Assembly (NCBI GenBank): GCA_030390025.1
Contig: CM059429.1
Location: 30,752,001 to 30,816,000 of the forward strand
Direction of reading: 5' to 3'
Origin: Squalus acanthias
Taxonomy: Eukaryota
DNA length: 64,000 nt
Shown here piece after piece: positions 60,117 to 64,000 of this stretch. The translations under genes were made by a program, and so were the position numbers. The notes beneath the pieces were generated by a model. That model was not told the DNA's origin. It saw only the letters and a program-made list of their open reading frames with translations, and did not search any database. How positions within the stretch are numbered: position 1 is the first letter of the stretch; each line of letters opens with the position of its first letter.

Positions 60117-62624
60117 CACATCACAGGAGATCCACTAATATGTCTAAATAATTTAGAAATGCCCTTTTTATCTCTCTTTCAGGATACTGCCCGTTAGTGA
60201 AATTATTACACTTATCAGTTCTGGCCGAATTCAAATTGGCAGGTTAAATGGGGTTTCTGATTCATACTACTTAATTGTGTTTCTGGAATACAGCTAAGTA
60301 CAAATGGATGTTCCTATCAAACTTCACAATTTAATTAGGGATCACAGATAGCAAGTATAAGTATCCTGAAATAATAATATACTGCAGATACAAGCAAGAA
60401 ATGAAAGACATTAACATTGGTGTACCATAAAATGCCAGGCACTGTCAAATTAAATATCTAACCTTTACAAAGCAACTAAGACAATGAAACCTCAATTAAT
60501 TTAGCTGTAGAAAAAATATAATTGCCACCCAAAACAGATGATCGAACTGCAAAGAAAATTAAATTGTTCTTTGGTAGCCATTTACATAAACAGAGTATTC
60601 CTGCGTGTGTAACAGTGTCATGAGACTTGGTTAAATATAACTAGACTTTGGTATAATGGGGTCAAGTATGTAATTACCGTGTAAATGATAACTCAGCTAT
60701 AATCTAGATTTCCATTCCTGTGCAGTAATATGGTATTCAGTTTATTTCTAATTTTTCCCCCTCTCCTGAGGGCAGTAGCTCATGTTTGTGTATGATTCCG
60801 TGGGTAAACATAGTACCATGCCCTAGTGGTCAGTCATGTATGAATTTTGACTGGGTATCAAAAATATCTTGAGATGTGGCATCACAGCCTTCTGTTGTCC
60901 GACAGAAACTGCTGACTAGCCACAGATGTGGCTATGGCGACATTGTTTTAGCAACATGCACTAATTTTAGTAGAAAATGCCTTGCATACACTCCCGCAAT
61001 ACCAGTAAATATACTTCAAATGTGAATATTTACTTAAAGTTCTGCCATTCAGTAACCAAGGAAATAAAGCACTCAACAATCAAAAAACATTTGTGCACTC
61101 TGCCTTTTTATCTTGCCGTTTTACCGACAAAAGCACAAAGTTAAAGTGCACATGCATACACCATGTGCATGTGTATTGAGATCACACGACCAAGTGTCTA
61201 GTACTAATTTTTTTAATTTACTAATCAGAAATATAATTGGCTACATCTGGATTCTCAATTAACCACATGTGGCTAAAGGCTAGTGTATTGAACAACACTG
61301 GTTTAGTCCAATCCTGTCCTTGCCAGATGTCCACAAACATGTATACTTTCCAGCAGGGATCACTAAATAATCATCAGGAGCCAGAAGTATGGCAGATCTT
61401 TTCTTTCCTAATCCAAGATACAGTGAAGTCCACTGTGCTTCCACCAGGACTTAGATAAGATTAGTCAGCACAGGCCAGGATTAAACCTGGCACCTTGCTG
61501 ACCTGTGCCCAGCTCAATATTGCATCATATTTACCTGCTGAGCCAGCATGGAGCCTAATTCTTTTCAATTCAGATTTTCATTGCCAATTAAAATGACCAA
61601 CATTGCACTGAAGAAGAATAGTAAAATCTTGAAACAGTGCACCCATATCCATCTACCAACAAAGATTGCAAAGATCTATCTCTTCTCTACATCATCCTTC
61701 ATTTGTATGTCATCTTAACTTCGCACTATTAGTGTATTGTTGCCTACATAGGTACCAGCCACCTTCATAAATTCTTGCTGCTTGCAGTAATACAGTTATG
61801 CTACTCACAGTACAATATTACATTGCTATGGCCTAAGTTTTCTGTACTTTCAGTGCTAGAGATAAATTATTTTGCCAAATAAAAATATTTGCTTATTCTC
61901 CTTTTTTGTGGTCTGTAGTTTGATCAGTAAAATTTTGAGGAATATCTGATAAGGAGCTGGGTCTACTTTGGTATCAGTTATTTTTCTTAATGTCCATTTT
62001 TATCCTTATGCCTTTGTGAACTGCCTTGGTGCAATTCTTTTTCCATTAGAGGCGCTACATAAATGTAAATTGTAAATGTAAATGTAAATAAAAATACTAA
62101 TGTAGTTTAATACCTATTCCATAAATTCCCAAGGACACAGAATTCTGCCATGTAAAATTCTTTAGGCTAATCCTGGGTCTTCCTCTCTTCTGTCCCATTC
62201 TCACACCACAGGAGTACATGATATGTCAAATGTCAAATTTTTGAAGGATTTTATGTCTGTGCGTGTATGTGTTTTTGTTTGGGGGGAGGGGCGAGCTGCA
62301 GTGAAGGTAAAATAGCACGCGCATCAATGAATTTCCTGGATTATCATTTTAACGGAAATTGCCAGCCACCAAGTGGAGAGGGGTAGGTGGCTGGCAAAAT
62401 TCGAAATTACTTTGGATTTTGACAAGTGCATTCTATTGGTTAATTTGAGCTTTTTTAGCCAAATTGGGAATCAGTTATTTGAAAATATTTCAACCCCCAT
62501 GTGCCCCAGTTTATTCGGTAACTTACTAACGATTCATTGATAGGTTTCAGTGCACCAGGCATCATTGTCCCCCACCACCTCTGTTCTGCATAACCAGCAG
62601 AAGATTACCTGCACTAGGTGAATA

Positions 62625-63345
62625 GAATCATAGAATATTGCAGCACAGAAATAGGCCATTTGGCCCATTAAATCTGCATATGAGCCATCTAATGTAATCT
62701 CACTGGTGTTTGCTTCCCAAATCTTTAATCCTCTTTTACAAACTGCTGTCTAATTTATTCCACATCAAAAATAACAAACTTTTCCTAAAAACAATGGTTT
62801 TTGGTAGAGGATTGCACATTCTAGCCACCCTTCCTATTTTTTAACTTCTTTTTAATTGTTTGTGATTATAATAAATTTGTGCCCTCTTGTTACAATCTCA
62901 CCAACTAGTAGAAACAGTCCATCATTATTTTATCCTATCATAATCTTGAATGATCTATCTAGTCACTCTTCCTAAAAACAATGGCTCCAAGCTCTAGTGA
63001 AAAAAGTCTCTAATTTCTGAAAAATCTCTTCATAATTGCAATATCTAATCCTTGGCAACACCCTAGTGAACCTATGTTGCACCTCTTTCATTGCTTTTAC
63101 ATTCTTCCTATAATAGAGTGCCAAAAATTGCATGCAGCATTCCAACTGTGGCCTAACTAAGGTCTTGTACAAGTCCAACATTACTTTTCTTATTTTTGTA
63201 TTCTATGTCTTGTTGATACAAAGCTAAGGATTCTTTTTGCCTTTTTAATGGCCTTCATTCCTTGCATTACCAAGTTTTAATGACCTATGTATCTGCTCAT
63301 TAAGGTCCCTATGCTCCTCTACTCCCATCTAAAATCGTGCCATCT
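62625..63345 (-). mobile_element. Old CR1 3' fragment
   Basis: MLDLYKTLVRPQLECCMQF...VQHRFTRVLP; tail agaatcatagaat at about 62625. Confidence 0.8.
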
Positions 63346-63528
63346 ATTTGTGTACCGATATTGCTGTACCTGATCATTATGTATAACTTGTTTACATGAG
63401 CCACTGCTCTTGATATTCCTAGGAAGATTTGCTGTGAGATAAATACTGTGAATACACATGGTTATATTTGTATTTTTCAGATCATATTTCCCTGAAATCT
63501 ATATTGTAGAATTCTGTTTCTTTTTTAG

Positions 63529-63729
<201 letters not shown>

Positions 63730-64000
63730 TAAAGTACACTTAACTGAAGCTCTTGAGATCAGAATTCTAATTTGGACACAATAGCCACAACCTTGTGGAA
63801 ACCTTGCACTCTCAGTAAACCTGATGTCACTCTAAGGATGCTGGGCATGTGGCTTTACATGTGCCAACAATGGTGTATGTTATTAACTGCGTCTTTCATG
63901 CTGTTACTACAGGTTGAAAGAGCCGATTCTTTTATTGCCTATTTATGGTAGAAGGCAAATGTTAAATCTTCAGAAGAAGCAGCTTCAGTTTGCATTATAG

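Noticed and set aside
62359-62395. 11-bp perfect hairpin tgccagccacc/ggtggctggca
   Set aside because: Too short to call; likely the remnant of an old MITE, and bacterial-type terminators do not apply here.

Overview
Eukaryotic, not prokaryotic, genomic DNA. It is most likely from a cartilaginous fish (shark), judging by the repeat complement: SacSINE1-like DeuSINEs, CR1, L2, RTE, Penelope-like elements and Harbinger transposons. Two intron-containing host genes lie on the + strand in the same order as on human 2q37: a C2orf72 (DUF4630) orthologue (exons at about 1707-2367, 24465-24581 and probably 32351-32505), and the first 12 coding exons of PSMD1/Rpn2 (42223-63702, continuing past the window). 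Most entries in the supplied ORF track are transposon fragments or chance ORFs. Notable items: an intact Penelope-like RT/GIY-YIG 3' end carrying a minimal hammerhead ribozyme; two decayed two-gene Harbinger transposons plus three Harbinger-type MITEs, with a CRE at a conserved position and an identical 23-nt motif between the convergent genes; a twin-primed (5'-inverted) RTE insertion; an RT-less CR1 insertion with a TSD; an unexplained long hairpin; and candidate extra exons in C2orf72 intron 1. Homology calls come from my recall of family motifs, not from searches. Boundaries of old repeats are approximate. I found no clear evidence of a wholly new multi-gene system.
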